64,000 nt of DNA from Treponema sp. (GTDB taxonomy: Bacteria > Spirochaetota > Spirochaetia > Treponematales > Treponemataceae): the NCBI RefSeq assembly GCF_018385415.1, contig NZ_JAHAZA010000070.1. The stretch is one strand, 5' to 3'. The translations under genes and the position numbers were made by a program. The notes beneath the pieces were generated by a model. It saw only the letters and a list, made by a program, of their open reading frames with translations, did no database searches and had not been told where the DNA came from. Below are positions 49,585 through 60,339 of this stretch, one piece after another. Numbering within the stretch: position 1 is the first letter of the stretch; each line of letters begins with the position of its first letter.

Positions 49585-49632
49585 TTCAATAATTCTGCTG
49601 AAAATTAGTGAATTTTCTGCAGAATTATTGAA
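49585..49632 (-). terminator. Long hairpin just after the cysteine desulfurase stop (probable terminator)
   Basis: TTCAATAATTCTGC/GCAGAATTATTGAA 14-bp arms plus 7-bp inner stem; T run follows on the minus strand. Confidence 0.6.
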
Positions 49633-49633
49633 A

Positions 49634-50824
49634 TCATTTGAAAGTTTCGCAGATATCTTTCACTGCATTAAAGAGATCATCCATGGCTTCTTTTGTAGTC
49701 AAAGAGCCAAAACTGAAACGAACGGCTGTTTCTCTTTGATTTGGGGGAACATTCATTGCTTCAAGGATTGGACGACTGTTTTTTTTGCTTGAACATGCAC
49801 TACCTGTTGAAATGTAAAAACCTTTTGCATCAAGAGCCCGTACCATTACTTGGCCTGGTATTTTATCAAAAGCTGCCTGAAGCACCCATGGTGAAAAATG
49901 CTGGTCAGAAAAAGTTTTGTCTTTTCGGCTTTCAGGAATTATATGACATTTAGAAATAGTTGAAAGTTTTTCAATAAAATCTGCTGTATAATTTTTTTGC
50001 ATTTCAAAGCGTTTTGTAGAAACAGCATTGTCATTTGTAATTGCATATTTTTCCATGCATTTTGAAAAAGCTGTAGCACCGAATACATTTTCTGTTCCGC
50101 TTCTTACATTCTGTTCCTGTCCACCACCTTTAAGAAATGGTTCAATACTTTGACTGTTTGCAATGTAAAGAATACCGATTCCTCGAGGTCCTCCGATTTT
50201 GTGTGCACTGAAGGCTGCACTGTCAATATCAGAATTTTTAAGTGTTACGGGAATCTTGCCTAAAGCCTGAACAAAATCAACATGAAATTTAGGTTTTCTT
50301 TTTCTCTGGGATTTTTCTTTTATTGCTTTTGCAATGGCTTGAACATCGTTGATTGCACCAGTCTCATTGTTTACTGCCATAACAGTTATATAAAGAGTGT
50401 CATCAGTCATAGCGTTTGTAACAGCTTCGGGTGTAATAATTCCATTTGAGTCAGGATTGATTTTTACGATATTGTATCCGAGATGTGATAAAACATTGCA
50501 CTGTTCACGAAGGGCAGGGTGTTCAATTGAACTTAGAAGTATAGTTCCTTTTTCAGGACGATTCATCATTGCAAGAAGGGGAATATGATCACTTTCTGTT
50601 CCACCAGAGGTAAAGAAAATAGTCTTTGAGTCAACACCTAAAACTTTTGCACAAAGATCTCTTGCATTATTAAGTGTTGCTTTTGCATTTGTTCCTGCTT
50701 TATAAATGCTTGAAGGATTACCCCAGGCTTCAAATGAAGTCTCAAGGCAATCTCTTAAAATTTCTGTATCAAAGGGAGCTGTTGCAGCCCAGTCAAAGTA
50801 ATGTGTATGATCAATTTCATTCAT
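49634..50824 (-). CDS. iscS: Cysteine desulfurase (IscS/NifS family)
   Basis: YFDWAAT, FTSGGTE, EHPA, SAHKIGGPRG (PLP Lys), STGSACSS (catalytic Cys). Confidence 0.88.
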   Translation of the reverse strand: MNEIDHTHYFDWAATAPFDTEILRDCLETSFEAWGNPSSIYKAGTNAKATLNNARDLCAKVLGVDSKTIFFTSGGTESDHIPLLAMMNRPEKGTILLSSIEHPALREQCNVLSHLGYNIVKINPDSNGIITPEAVTNAMTDDTLYITVMAVNNETGAINDVQAIAKAIKEKSQRKRKPKFHVDFVQALGKIPVTLKNSDIDSAAFSAHKIGGPRGIGILYIANSQSIEPFLKGGGQEQNVRSGTENVFGATAFSKCMEKYAITNDNAVSTKRFEMQKNYTADFIEKLSTISKCHIIPESRKDKTFSDQHFSPWVLQAAFDKIPGQVMVRALDAKGFYISTGSACSSKKNSRPILEAMNVPPNQRETAVRFSFGSLTTKEAMDDLFNAVKDICETFK

Positions 50825-50855
50825 AAAAGTTTCCTTTAGGATTTAAGCAGAAAAA

Positions 50856-52001
50856 TTATTTCAATGCATCAAGGATAATATCTTCAGTTGTTTCTGTAAT
50901 AACATTTTTACAGATACCTTTCTGTAAAATCACTCTGACATTTGAAGAAGAATTCTTTTTGTCATTATGCATTGTTTTTAAAATTTCTTTTGAATCAGAA
51001 AATGCAGGATGAACAGCACTGGTTTCGTAACCAAATGATTTTAAGGTATTAATAACATCATTGTAATATTCTTCAGAACAGAGTCCAAGGAGAAGACTGG
51101 CCTTTACAGAACGAGAAATTCCCCATGCAACACATTCTCCATGAGTAAGAACTCCCAGTCCTGCACGGCTTTCAAGTGCGTGACCAAAGGTATGCCCAAG
51201 ATTTAACAGCATGCGGATATTTTTCTCGGAAAGATCTTTTTCAACAATTTTAGCTTTTGCTTTTGCACAGAATGTAATGATTTTGTACAAAGTTTCAGGA
51301 TCTCGTTTAAGAATTTTATCTTTGTTCGCTTTCATATATTCGTAGCATTTCTTGTCAAAAAGAAGTGCAGTTTTAATTGCTTCTGCGAAACCTGAAATGA
51401 ATTCTTTTTCAGGAAGGCTCTGGATTAAAACAGGATAGATATACAACGCTTTTGCCGGAAAGAATGCACCAACAACATTTTTATAATCGTCAAAATCACA
51501 TCCGGTTTTTCCACCGATTGCAGCATCAACCATTGCAAGAAGAGTAGTAGGAACAAATTCACAACATGCACCACGTTTGTATATAGAAGCTGCAAATGCT
51601 GTAATATCAGTGAGAACACCTCCGCCTATGGCTGTAAAATTATCTTTGCGAGTTAGATTAAAATCAAGTCCAGTTTTTACGATTGAGAGAACACTGTCCA
51701 TTGTTTTAAATGCTTCACCTTGTGGAATTACAACCAGACCATGCTTATCATAAGAGTAAACTGAATAATCAGTTCCTCCAGTTTTTTTATCTGCAATCTT
51801 AGAAAATTTACCAAAAAAAGGTTTAAGAAGTTCCAGATTAAAAATTGTAGTGTCTGTTACAAAGATTTTTTTATGTTTTGAGTCTAAAAGAAAATCAAGG
51901 TCTGGATTGGTATTATAAAAATTAAGATTAGATTTTTTTGTACCGACGAAAAGTGGTTTATATTTAATTATCAATGTTTCTAAAATGTTGTTATTTTTCA
52001 T
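50856..52001 (-). CDS. aroB: 3-dehydroquinate synthase
   Basis: GEAFK, GGGVLTD, PTTLLAMVDAAIGGKTG, LNLGHTFGHALE, HGECV. Confidence 0.94.
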   Translation of the reverse strand: MKNNNILETLIIKYKPLFVGTKKSNLNFYNTNPDLDFLLDSKHKKIFVTDTTIFNLELLKPFFGKFSKIADKKTGGTDYSVYSYDKHGLVVIPQGEAFKTMDSVLSIVKTGLDFNLTRKDNFTAIGGGVLTDITAFAASIYKRGACCEFVPTTLLAMVDAAIGGKTGCDFDDYKNVVGAFFPAKALYIYPVLIQSLPEKEFISGFAEAIKTALLFDKKCYEYMKANKDKILKRDPETLYKIITFCAKAKAKIVEKDLSEKNIRMLLNLGHTFGHALESRAGLGVLTHGECVAWGISRSVKASLLLGLCSEEYYNDVINTLKSFGYETSAVHPAFSDSKEILKTMHNDKKNSSSNVRVILQKGICKNVITETTEDIILDALK

Positions 52002-52041
52002 AACAACATTTTAGTAAATTTTGAAATTGTTAGCAATAAAA

Positions 52042-52710
52042 TTAATTTTCGAGAACATATTTTTGAATGTCGAACCATTCATATTTAACTTTTTCGTCAT
52101 CAATCTTATCGATTTCGGAAATAATTCCATTTACGCGTTTTAGTTCCCTGTCCAATGTAAATTTATAGTTCAGTTCACCGTTTCCAATACGTTCCCGTTC
52201 ATCTTCCCAGTTCTGCAATTCCTGTATAAAAAGGAATTTGAATTTACCGATGTTTGCTTTTTCTGCCCAAAGGCATGCTTCTTTCCAGTAATAATAACCA
52301 GCTTCGTAACAAGCCTTAGTTTTTTCAAGATTTGAACGGTATTCGTCTTTCCATGGACAATCATAGAAATAAAATGCTTTTTTGTCGTAAATACGACCAA
52401 GACGAAGATGCTGTTCGATTAATTTAAGGTTCAAGTGCATCATAAAGAGGTAACGGTATTTTTCGTATTCCTCTTCATTAGTAATTTTTGCTTTTGCATA
52501 TAATGGATTTGCAAAGTCAGCCTTTACAGCTTTTTCAAGCCAATAAATGTTTTCCATGCAGTCATCAGGATATTGCTGGTAATGAACATGATAAAGTTTA
52601 TAATAATCTTCTTTGTACTTTACCATGTAAGCATCAGGTGCAGTTACTGGAATAAATGAGAAAACTATAAATAATAATAGTACTTTTACTATATTTTTAG
52701 AAAACTTCAC
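52042..52710 (-). CDS. Conserved hypothetical exported helical protein
   Basis: 222-aa ORF with signal peptide; its start overlaps the tmk stop. Confidence 0.7.
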   Translation of the reverse strand: MKFSKNIVKVLLLFIVFSFIPVTAPDAYMVKYKEDYYKLYHVHYQQYPDDCMENIYWLEKAVKADFANPLYAKAKITNEEEYEKYRYLFMMHLNLKLIEQHLRLGRIYDKKAFYFYDCPWKDEYRSNLEKTKACYEAGYYYWKEACLWAEKANIGKFKFLFIQELQNWEDERERIGNGELNYKFTLDRELKRVNGIISEIDKIDDEKVKYEWFDIQKYVLEN

Positions 52711-53333
52711 GAATTAAATATCGGCAGTTTTGCTATGTGACTCCATACTATTTTTGAAATTTCTTCAACACTTTGTGTTGCATCAATTATGACAATATTC
52801 ATCCCTTTTGCGAAGTCGAGATTTTTGTATTCTTCGATTACATCAAGGTATTGTTTACGGGTGTTTGTAAGGTATTCGTTGTTTTCGTATATCTCAGTAA
52901 CGCCTCTGGATTTGATTCGCTCCAGAGATTTTTCAGGATCAATGTCGAAAAAGAACAAAAGCTGGGGTAGTGGAAAATCTTTATTAAGCATTCTTGGAAG
53001 TTCTCTGCCGCATGAAACACCCTGATAAGCGAGACTTGAGAAAATGTAACGGTCAATAATAACAGCTTTTCCATTTTTAAGGGAATTTTCGATGCCATGT
53101 TCACCATAAACATGCTCTGCACGGTCAGCTGCAAAAAGATAGGCTGTTGTTCTAGGATCCAGTGATATTTTACCGCCTAATAACGACCGTAGAAATTTTC
53201 CTGTTTCAAAAGAAGTTGGTTCTGCACTGAAGTCAATTTTTGCGCTTTCTGGTCGTTCCTGCAGGATTTTAAGCTGTGTTGAAGTTCCTGCTCCGTCAAT
53301 GCCTTCAAATACTACAAAGTTGTTTAATATCAT
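52707..53333 (-). CDS. tmk: Thymidylate kinase
   Basis: FEGIDGAGTSTQ, EPT, LFAADR, DRYIFSSLAYQG. Confidence 0.93.
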   Translation of the reverse strand: MILNNFVVFEGIDGAGTSTQLKILQERPESAKIDFSAEPTSFETGKFLRSLLGGKISLDPRTTAYLFAADRAEHVYGEHGIENSLKNGKAVIIDRYIFSSLAYQGVSCGRELPRMLNKDFPLPQLLFFFDIDPEKSLERIKSRGVTEIYENNEYLTNTRKQYLDVIEEYKNLDFAKGMNIVIIDATQSVEEISKIVWSHIAKLPIFNS

Positions 53334-53410
53334 AAATTTTCCTATATATTGTACCGATAATTTGATATAATTGTTTATACTATATTATAATAGCGCATTA
53401 TAGCATAAAA

Positions 53411-56400
53411 ATGAAATCTCGTGTTCTAAAATTAGGGCTTTGTATAATAATTTTAGTTTCTCTCGTTGCAGCTTCTTTTGCACTGGTAACACCAGTTTAC
53501 AGGGCATTAGGAAGCTTTCTGCGCGGAAAAGTTGCTGTTATAAACTCTACACTTGACGAGAATTTCGGTATAAATGTATCTTACGACTCACTTTCACCAT
53601 CCATTCTAACAGGAATTAAGCTTAAAGGTATAGAAGTAAAAGATAGCTCAACTGGTGAAACTATATTAACTGTCAAAAAAGTTACTGCTCTATTTTCTAT
53701 TCGCAAAATATTGAAAGGTGATTTTGAAAATGCAATTTCCAAAATTACTGTAAATGATGTTTACGGAGAATTAATCAGAGGAAAAAATACAGCCTGGGTT
53801 GATTACATCATTGAACGGAATCTTGAAAAGCCTGAGATGGATGAAAAGAAAGAACAGAAATCTTTTATCGAGATGCTTTCTGACGCTGACATTAATATTG
53901 ATATTCCTTGTAATGTAAATGTAAATAATTTTACTCTTGTATATCAGGATTCCAAACAACGAATCGATGCAAAAGCTTACCTACGCCGCGCTTATGTAGA
54001 AAAAACTGTAACAAAGGGAAAGTATACCATCGAGCTAATGGGGCAGCTTTCTGGTTCCTATAAAGCAAATAAGTTTTCAACAAATATGGTTGTTCAAAGT
54101 TCACTTTTAAGTCATTTGAACAATTCATCAGCAGTAATTCAGTTTTTCATTATCAATATTAATACTTATTCAATTCATCAGATGGGATTTTTGTGTGAGT
54201 ATAATGATGCAGTTTTTAAATTTAAAATGCTTCCCACAATTCAAAATCTTTATGTTGAAGCTACTGCAAACTTCAGAACTTCTGATGCTACTTTCAGATT
54301 CAATAGTGAAAAGTTCAGACTTGCCAATGTTGTAAATGGAATTAAAAAAGGATCAGTAATCGATAAAGTTTCATATGTTACTGTAAGTGCAAAACTTAAT
54401 GCAGATTATAATTGGGATTCACGAAAAATTAAGTATAGGACCAGTGGAGATCTGTTATTGCCTGAGGGACTGGTACCTGAAACTATGTCAGTTGATTTTG
54501 CTTTAAGTGGAAATCAAAATTATGTTACTATTCCTTACATAAACGGTAAGAGTGAAAATATTGATGTTGGTTTTTCTGGTGCTATTAATATAAAGGCACT
54601 TCAGCCAGAAGGTGTGCTGTCAGTAAATAAATTGCAGCTTGAAAATGACGGTGTCATTAGAACTGAAGTTTTCTTTGAACCTTTGCAGAAAGGATTCATG
54701 GCGTTCTCTCCTGAAATAATGTTCGGGGAGAAAACTTTAACAGCCGCAATGTTTAATTTTGTACCTCAGAATGAAGGGTACGATTTTGATTTTGAAGTTT
54801 ATGATTATTCTCATGCTCAGACCGGTGAGCCCGGCCATCTTTCGTTAGATGGAAACTTTGCTACTGCATCGAAATTCTTTCAGTCAAACATTACTCTCGA
54901 TGGAATGTATATCGATAGCCTGATGCAGTTTGTAGCATTCTTCCTTGATAAAAATAATTCTGCTTTTGTTAATGACACATCATCAATGTTTAAGAATATT
55001 ATTTTCTCAACTGCAATTTACGTTTCTGCCTATGATGGAAACTTTTCTTACAGTATTCCTTCTGCAATTATCGCTGATACAACAAGTGACAACAGAATGC
55101 TTATGGTCAGCCTTGATGGAAATAATGATAATCTTCAGCTTACCCGTTTTGAATTAATTATTGATGATCAAAATATTTTTGCTACTGCTCATGCAGAAAA
55201 TATGAAAGAACCAGGTAAAAAAGATTTACAGACAATTCTTTCTGGAATGGTTGAATATAACAGCATTCCTTATTCATTCTCAGGTTTAATAAAGCAGGAT
55301 TGGATTTCTATAACAGGTGATTATGGACTTAACTTTACATTCATAAATGATAAAGATTCTGATAACCTTCTTGGAAGTTTTGCACTTGAAGCTTTCCCTG
55401 TAAAGTTAAAAGAAACAACATTGTCTTTCTTTGCTAATACAAACTTCTCGTATAATCTTCAAGATAAAATAAATGTAAATGTGATTAATTTTGAAGTTCA
55501 GTCAATAAATGGATTCTCTCAGGTAAATCCATCATTTGCATTTTCTGGAAGACTTGACAAAACAGGAACATATCTTGAACAGATTGCATATACAGATGCT
55601 GTATCAAATCTTTCAGGAACCGGTTCTTTAATCTGGAATTTCAATAATGCAGATTTTGAAAATGCTGTTTATGACATCATATTACAGGATCCTCTTTACA
55701 GTGAACATGTTGAAATTAAAGGAAATCTATCTAATCCTGAAAATAAACCGTTTAATTCGAAATCAATATTAAAAGATTATTATATTTCAACAGAAATTGC
55801 TCTTGCATCATTCAGAACAGGAAGATTTACAGGTTCTTCAAATCTTTCAGAAACAATGAACGCAAATGTAAGTGTTACTGGAAGTTTAGGAAATCCTTTT
55901 GTTTCTATTTCAATTCCTCATGGTGTTGTTGATGTTGATGGTAATCCAGTTTCTTTCTCATTACAGGCATCTGTTGTAGACCGGGAATTTGAAATAACTT
56001 CAGGCTTTTTGGAAATTGGCGAAACAAGAATTGACAATATTGAATCAAAATTCTCCTTTAATGAATGGAATGGTTATATATCACTTGATGCACAGACTTA
56101 TCTTTTTGATGAAACTGTTGATTTGCCTTTGCAAATTACAGCAAAAGGCATTCCATCAGAAAATAGAAAATCTTCTGTCCCTGAAACATTTGAAATTGAT
56201 ATAAAGACAAGTTTAATAAGCGGTTCCTTCATCAAAGCTCAGCAACCATTTTCAATTCATATTTTTAAGCTCCCTGAAGAAATGCTTATTTCTTCAAGTT
56301 CAAATCTTGGATTGTCAGGAACTGTTGGCGATAACGGAGAAATTAATCTTACAGTTGATAATAATGTTCCTCTTCAAATGAAGGTTGGAGGAAATTATAA

Positions 56401-57865
56401 ACGTAACTCCGGAATTCATTTTTATGACATAAATTGTGATTTACCAAAATTCTTAAAGCTGGTGAACTTTAAATTAGTCAAAGTATTCAACGGTAAAGTT
56501 GTGGGTGATTTCTGGATTAAAGGACCTAAAAATGACAAAGGTTTTGAAGGGGCCTTGATGATGATTCCTGCAGAGTTTTCAATGCCTGAATATTTTAAAG
56601 CTCATGCAAAAACAGATGTAATTTATCTGTATTTTGAAAAAGATAAGATTTACACTCCAAAAACAAGGGTAATGCTTAAAAAAGCACCTGTTGATGTTTC
56701 TGTTCTTGTACAGTTTAAACAGATGAAATATGAGTCTCTTACAGTTCTTGTAGAAACTGTTGGTGATGCTTATGCTCCGATTGCAATTAATATGAATCAG
56801 GTTCATGTTAAAGGTAATGCACAATGTGACCTGGAAATTACAGTAGAACCAAATGGTGCGACTGTAGTTGGTTCAGTTGTTGCTAAGGATACAACTGCAG
56901 AATTTGGTACATCTACCATTGGAGATATGGTTCAATCTGTTAACTTTGCAAAGCAGCAGGAACTTCGTCCAAATAAAACTCCGTTTGATGTAGAAGTTAT
57001 GCTAGATGTAACCATGAAAAGTCGTGTTCAGGTATTTTACAGTACATTCCTTCGTGGCCTTGTTGTTCCAAATTCAAAAGTTACTTTTGCCTTTAATTCC
57101 GCAGATGAAAAAATATCATTAGATGGAAGTGTACCGCTTAGAAGTGGTGAAATTATTTATCTTAATTCAAGTTTCTATGTAAAAGAGGGAAGAATTGACT
57201 TCTCTTCAACTGATCAGGGATTTGATCCATATGTTACTTTAAGGGCCGAAACCCGCGAAAAAGATGAATATAATAATAATGTAACTATTAGTCTTACTGT
57301 AGATCATCAGCGTATTTCTGATTTGTCTCCAAAACTTACATCTTCTCCTGCAAAAAGCGAAAAGCAGATTATGGAACTTTTAGGAAGCTTTGTTTCTGCA
57401 AATTCTGATAATATGGCTTCATTTATGCTTGCAACTGGTGATTATGCGCTCCAGACCATAGTAATTCGTAAAGTAGAGAACGCATTGCGTGATTTACTGA
57501 ATTTTGATATATTATCAATTCGTACAATGGTTGTTCAGAATGCCCTTAAATATTCAATGTCACAGGGATCTGAACGTCAAGGTATGAATGTTAGTAACTT
57601 TTTTGATAATACGACTGTTTATGTAGGTAAGTACTTTGGAAATGCCTTGTATGCAGATGCAATGCTTCGTCTTACTTATGATAAAAACCGTGTTAACGAT
57701 GGAACAACTTTACAGGGTTTGACATTTGAACCGGAGATCGGATTTGAAATGGAATCTCCTCTCGCTAACATTCGCTGGGGATTAACCCCTGACTTAAGTG
57801 ATTTGTCGCGGAGCAAGATTTCTATTGTCCCTTCATTGACATTATCATGGAAGTTTAATTATTAA
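53411..57865 (+). CDS. tamB: Translocation and assembly module TamB
   Basis: N-terminal TM anchor, long beta-taco-like body, DUF490-like C-terminus (FDPY, YVGKYFG); directly upstream of bamA as in other spirochetes. Confidence 0.82.
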   Translation: MKSRVLKLGLCIIILVSLVAASFALVTPVYRALGSFLRGKVAVINSTLDENFGINVSYDSLSPSILTGIKLKGIEVKDSSTGETILTVKKVTALFSIRKILKGDFENAISKITVNDVYGELIRGKNTAWVDYIIERNLEKPEMDEKKEQKSFIEMLSDADINIDIPCNVNVNNFTLVYQDSKQRIDAKAYLRRAYVEKTVTKGKYTIELMGQLSGSYKANKFSTNMVVQSSLLSHLNNSSAVIQFFIININTYSIHQMGFLCEYNDAVFKFKMLPTIQNLYVEATANFRTSDATFRFNSEKFRLANVVNGIKKGSVIDKVSYVTVSAKLNADYNWDSRKIKYRTSGDLLLPEGLVPETMSVDFALSGNQNYVTIPYINGKSENIDVGFSGAINIKALQPEGVLSVNKLQLENDGVIRTEVFFEPLQKGFMAFSPEIMFGEKTLTAAMFNFVPQNEGYDFDFEVYDYSHAQTGEPGHLSLDGNFATASKFFQSNITLDGMYIDSLMQFVAFFLDKNNSAFVNDTSSMFKNIIFSTAIYVSAYDGNFSYSIPSAIIADTTSDNRMLMVSLDGNNDNLQLTRFELIIDDQNIFATAHAENMKEPGKKDLQTILSGMVEYNSIPYSFSGLIKQDWISITGDYGLNFTFINDKDSDNLLGSFALEAFPVKLKETTLSFFANTNFSYNLQDKINVNVINFEVQSINGFSQVNPSFAFSGRLDKTGTYLEQIAYTDAVSNLSGTGSLIWNFNNADFENAVYDIILQDPLYSEHVEIKGNLSNPENKPFNSKSILKDYYISTEIALASFRTGRFTGSSNLSETMNANVSVTGSLGNPFVSISIPHGVVDVDGNPVSFSLQASVVDREFEITSGFLEIGETRIDNIESKFSFNEWNGYISLDAQTYLFDETVDLPLQITAKGIPSENRKSSVPETFEIDIKTSLISGSFIKAQQPFSIHIFKLPEEMLISSSSNLGLSGTVGDNGEINLTVDNNVPLQMKVGGNYKRNSGIHFYDINCDLPKFLKLVNFKLVKVFNGKVVGDFWIKGPKNDKGFEGALMMIPAEFSMPEYFKAHAKTDVIYLYFEKDKIYTPKTRVMLKKAPVDVSVLVQFKQMKYESLTVLVETVGDAYAPIAINMNQVHVKGNAQCDLEITVEPNGATVVGSVVAKDTTAEFGTSTIGDMVQSVNFAKQQELRPNKTPFDVEVMLDVTMKSRVQVFYSTFLRGLVVPNSKVTFAFNSADEKISLDGSVPLRSGEIIYLNSSFYVKEGRIDFSSTDQGFDPYVTLRAETREKDEYNNNVTISLTVDHQRISDLSPKLTSSPAKSEKQIMELLGSFVSANSDNMASFMLATGDYALQTIVIRKVENALRDLLNFDILSIRTMVVQNALKYSMSQGSERQGMNVSNFFDNTTVYVGKYFGNALYADAMLRLTYDKNRVNDGTTLQGLTFEPEIGFEMESPLANIRWGLTPDLSDLSRSKISIVPSLTLSWKFNY

Positions 57866-57893
57866 AAGTTTTTACTATATAAATGGAGTATAT

Positions 57894-60293
57894 ATGAATT
57901 TTTTCCGTAAATTATCAGTTTTAGCATTTGCATTGATGCTTATTTTCTCTTCTTTTTCTTTATATGCTGAGGAAGATGAAGACTGGTATATGGACAAGCC
58001 TGTTACTCAGGTTAATTTTGAAGGTCTCAAAACTATTAAGCGTGCAGAACTTTCAGGATTGACATCTAGTTACATCGGTAAAACAGTTGAAGAATGTGTT
58101 TATGATATTATTGATAGATTATATGCTCTTGAACTTTTTGATGATATTATTCCGGTTGCCTCACATGATAAGGGAGACGGTGTAGTCCTAACATTTACTG
58201 TTGTAGAAAAGCCTCAAGTCCTTTCAGTTAATTTTAAAGGAAATCATCAGGTCCGTAACGCTCCTTTACGAGAAGCAATATCCATTAAACCTAATGAAAT
58301 CTTTACAGAATCGAAAGCAAGTGCAGATGAAAGAGCTATCAGATCTTTGTATCTTGAAAAAGGCTTTTCAAATGTCAAAGTTTCTTATACTACAGAAGTA
58401 ACAGATGAAGGTGTTAATATTGTATATAACATCCGTGAAGGTCGTAGTTCTGTAATTACACAGATTAATTTTGAAGGAAATAAAATATTTAACACAAAGC
58501 TTTTAAGAAAGCAGATGAAGCTAAAAGAAGTCGGTCTTATTCATGATGGTGCCTTCCAGGAATCAATTCTTGAAAATGACAGACAAGCAATTCTTAAATA
58601 TTATGCAGATCATGGTTATATTGATGCACAGATTCTTAACGTAGATAGAGATATTGTTGAGAATGAAAAACTGAATCGTTCAGAAATGCATATCACTATA
58701 TATATTAGTGAAGGTGCACAATATAAGTTTGACGGAATTATTTTTAATGGTAACTCTATTTTTACAACACAACAGCTGGAAGAAAAAGTAACATTGAAAG
58801 TTGGTGATATTTATAACCAGACAAAATTTTCTGAAAGCTTGATGGGTATTACCGATCTCTATTATGAAAATGGTTATACTTCAAATGGATTTGTTCCTTC
58901 TGTAAATAAAGATTCTAATAACCGAACTATTAGTATTACATTGAATATTGTTGAAAGAGACAGAAGCCATGTAGAAAGTGTTGTTGTTCGTGGTAATACA
59001 CGAACAAAGGAGTATGTTGTTACTCGTGAACTTCCTCTTGAAAGTGGAGATGTATTCTCTAAGACAAAATTAACAACAGGTTTAAGAAATCTGTACAATC
59101 TTCAGTATTTCTCTTCTGTTGCTCCTGATATTCAGGCTGGTTCTGAACCAAATCTTATTAACATTGTTTTGAATGTTGAAGAACAGATGACTAACTCTGT
59201 TGAGTTCGGTCTTACATTCAGTGGGGTTACTGATCCTACAGAGCTTCCGTTTGCTCTTTTTGCAAAATGGTCAAACTCAAATCTTGCCGGAACTGGTAGG
59301 ACACTTTCAGCAAGTACTACTATTTCATCTGCAGAGCAGTCAATTGCTTTAGGTTTTACTGAGAACTGGCTTTTTGGTTTGCCAATCGAATTGAATGAAT
59401 CTTTGTCTTTCTCTCATTCAAAGGCAACAGCCCTTCGTCTAAAAGTTCTTCCTGATGGAACTATAAATACAGAAGATTATTACATGCAGTATGAAGCATG
59501 GACAACAAGTCTTAATTCTTCTGTAGGTAGACGTTTTACATATGACTGGGCAACATTAACATTGTCAGCCGGTATTACAAATGTGTTAAAAGATTATGTT
59601 TATGATGAAGCTTTATTTACACCATTGGATTCACAGATTTGTGAGTATGCAAATAAGCTTGGTCTTATTAACTCATTATGGGCTAAAGCATCTCTTGATG
59701 GACGTGATATTAACTATGATCCTAATAAAGGCTGGTTTGTAAGTGAGCAGGTTGCCTGGTTCGGATTAACACCTTGGGAAACAGACTTCTATGCAAGATT
59801 TGATACTCATCTTGAAGGTTATGTTACATTGTTTAATATCCAGATGTCTGAAAAATATGCTTTCAAAATGATTTTTGCTGCATTATCAACATTTACAGTA
59901 CAGCTTCCAGCCCCTGGATCTGGCGTAAGTGATTCAAATAAATTGTATATTGACGGTATGTTCAATGCTCGTGGATGGACTAATGTTTATAATACTGTAA
60001 AGGGAAGAGCAATGTGGTCTAACAGCCTCGAATTGCGTGTTCCTGCTGTTCCTGGAATTCTTGCAGTTGACGGTTTCTTTGATGCATGTGTAATTAAAGA
60101 TTCTGCAGAAAACATGTTTGGTAATGTTACATGGGATGATGTTTACTTCAGTTTTGGTCCGGATGTCCGCGTTCTTATGCCTCAGTTTCCAATGCGATTT
60201 ATGTTCTGTAATACATTTAAAATCGGGAATCAAGGTGTAGAGTGGCATGATACAATGAAGTTTGTACTTTCATTCAATCTTGTTAGTAAATAA
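57894..60293 (+). CDS. bamA: Outer membrane protein assembly factor BamA
   Basis: Signal peptide; five POTRA repeats (FEGL, FKGN, FEGN, FNGN, VRGN); barrel with ARGW L6 motif. Confidence 0.93.
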   Translation: MNFFRKLSVLAFALMLIFSSFSLYAEEDEDWYMDKPVTQVNFEGLKTIKRAELSGLTSSYIGKTVEECVYDIIDRLYALELFDDIIPVASHDKGDGVVLTFTVVEKPQVLSVNFKGNHQVRNAPLREAISIKPNEIFTESKASADERAIRSLYLEKGFSNVKVSYTTEVTDEGVNIVYNIREGRSSVITQINFEGNKIFNTKLLRKQMKLKEVGLIHDGAFQESILENDRQAILKYYADHGYIDAQILNVDRDIVENEKLNRSEMHITIYISEGAQYKFDGIIFNGNSIFTTQQLEEKVTLKVGDIYNQTKFSESLMGITDLYYENGYTSNGFVPSVNKDSNNRTISITLNIVERDRSHVESVVVRGNTRTKEYVVTRELPLESGDVFSKTKLTTGLRNLYNLQYFSSVAPDIQAGSEPNLINIVLNVEEQMTNSVEFGLTFSGVTDPTELPFALFAKWSNSNLAGTGRTLSASTTISSAEQSIALGFTENWLFGLPIELNESLSFSHSKATALRLKVLPDGTINTEDYYMQYEAWTTSLNSSVGRRFTYDWATLTLSAGITNVLKDYVYDEALFTPLDSQICEYANKLGLINSLWAKASLDGRDINYDPNKGWFVSEQVAWFGLTPWETDFYARFDTHLEGYVTLFNIQMSEKYAFKMIFAALSTFTVQLPAPGSGVSDSNKLYIDGMFNARGWTNVYNTVKGRAMWSNSLELRVPAVPGILAVDGFFDACVIKDSAENMFGNVTWDDVYFSFGPDVRVLMPQFPMRFMFCNTFKIGNQGVEWHDTMKFVLSFNLVSK

Positions 60294-60339
60294 AATATTT
60301 TTATAAATCATTATTTCTATATTTGTTAGGAGTTATAAA

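Noticed and set aside
768..60248. Numerous 60-160 aa ORFs nested in or antisense to the main genes
   Set aside because: They overlap well-supported CDSs and show no recognisable motifs or RBS; expected by chance.
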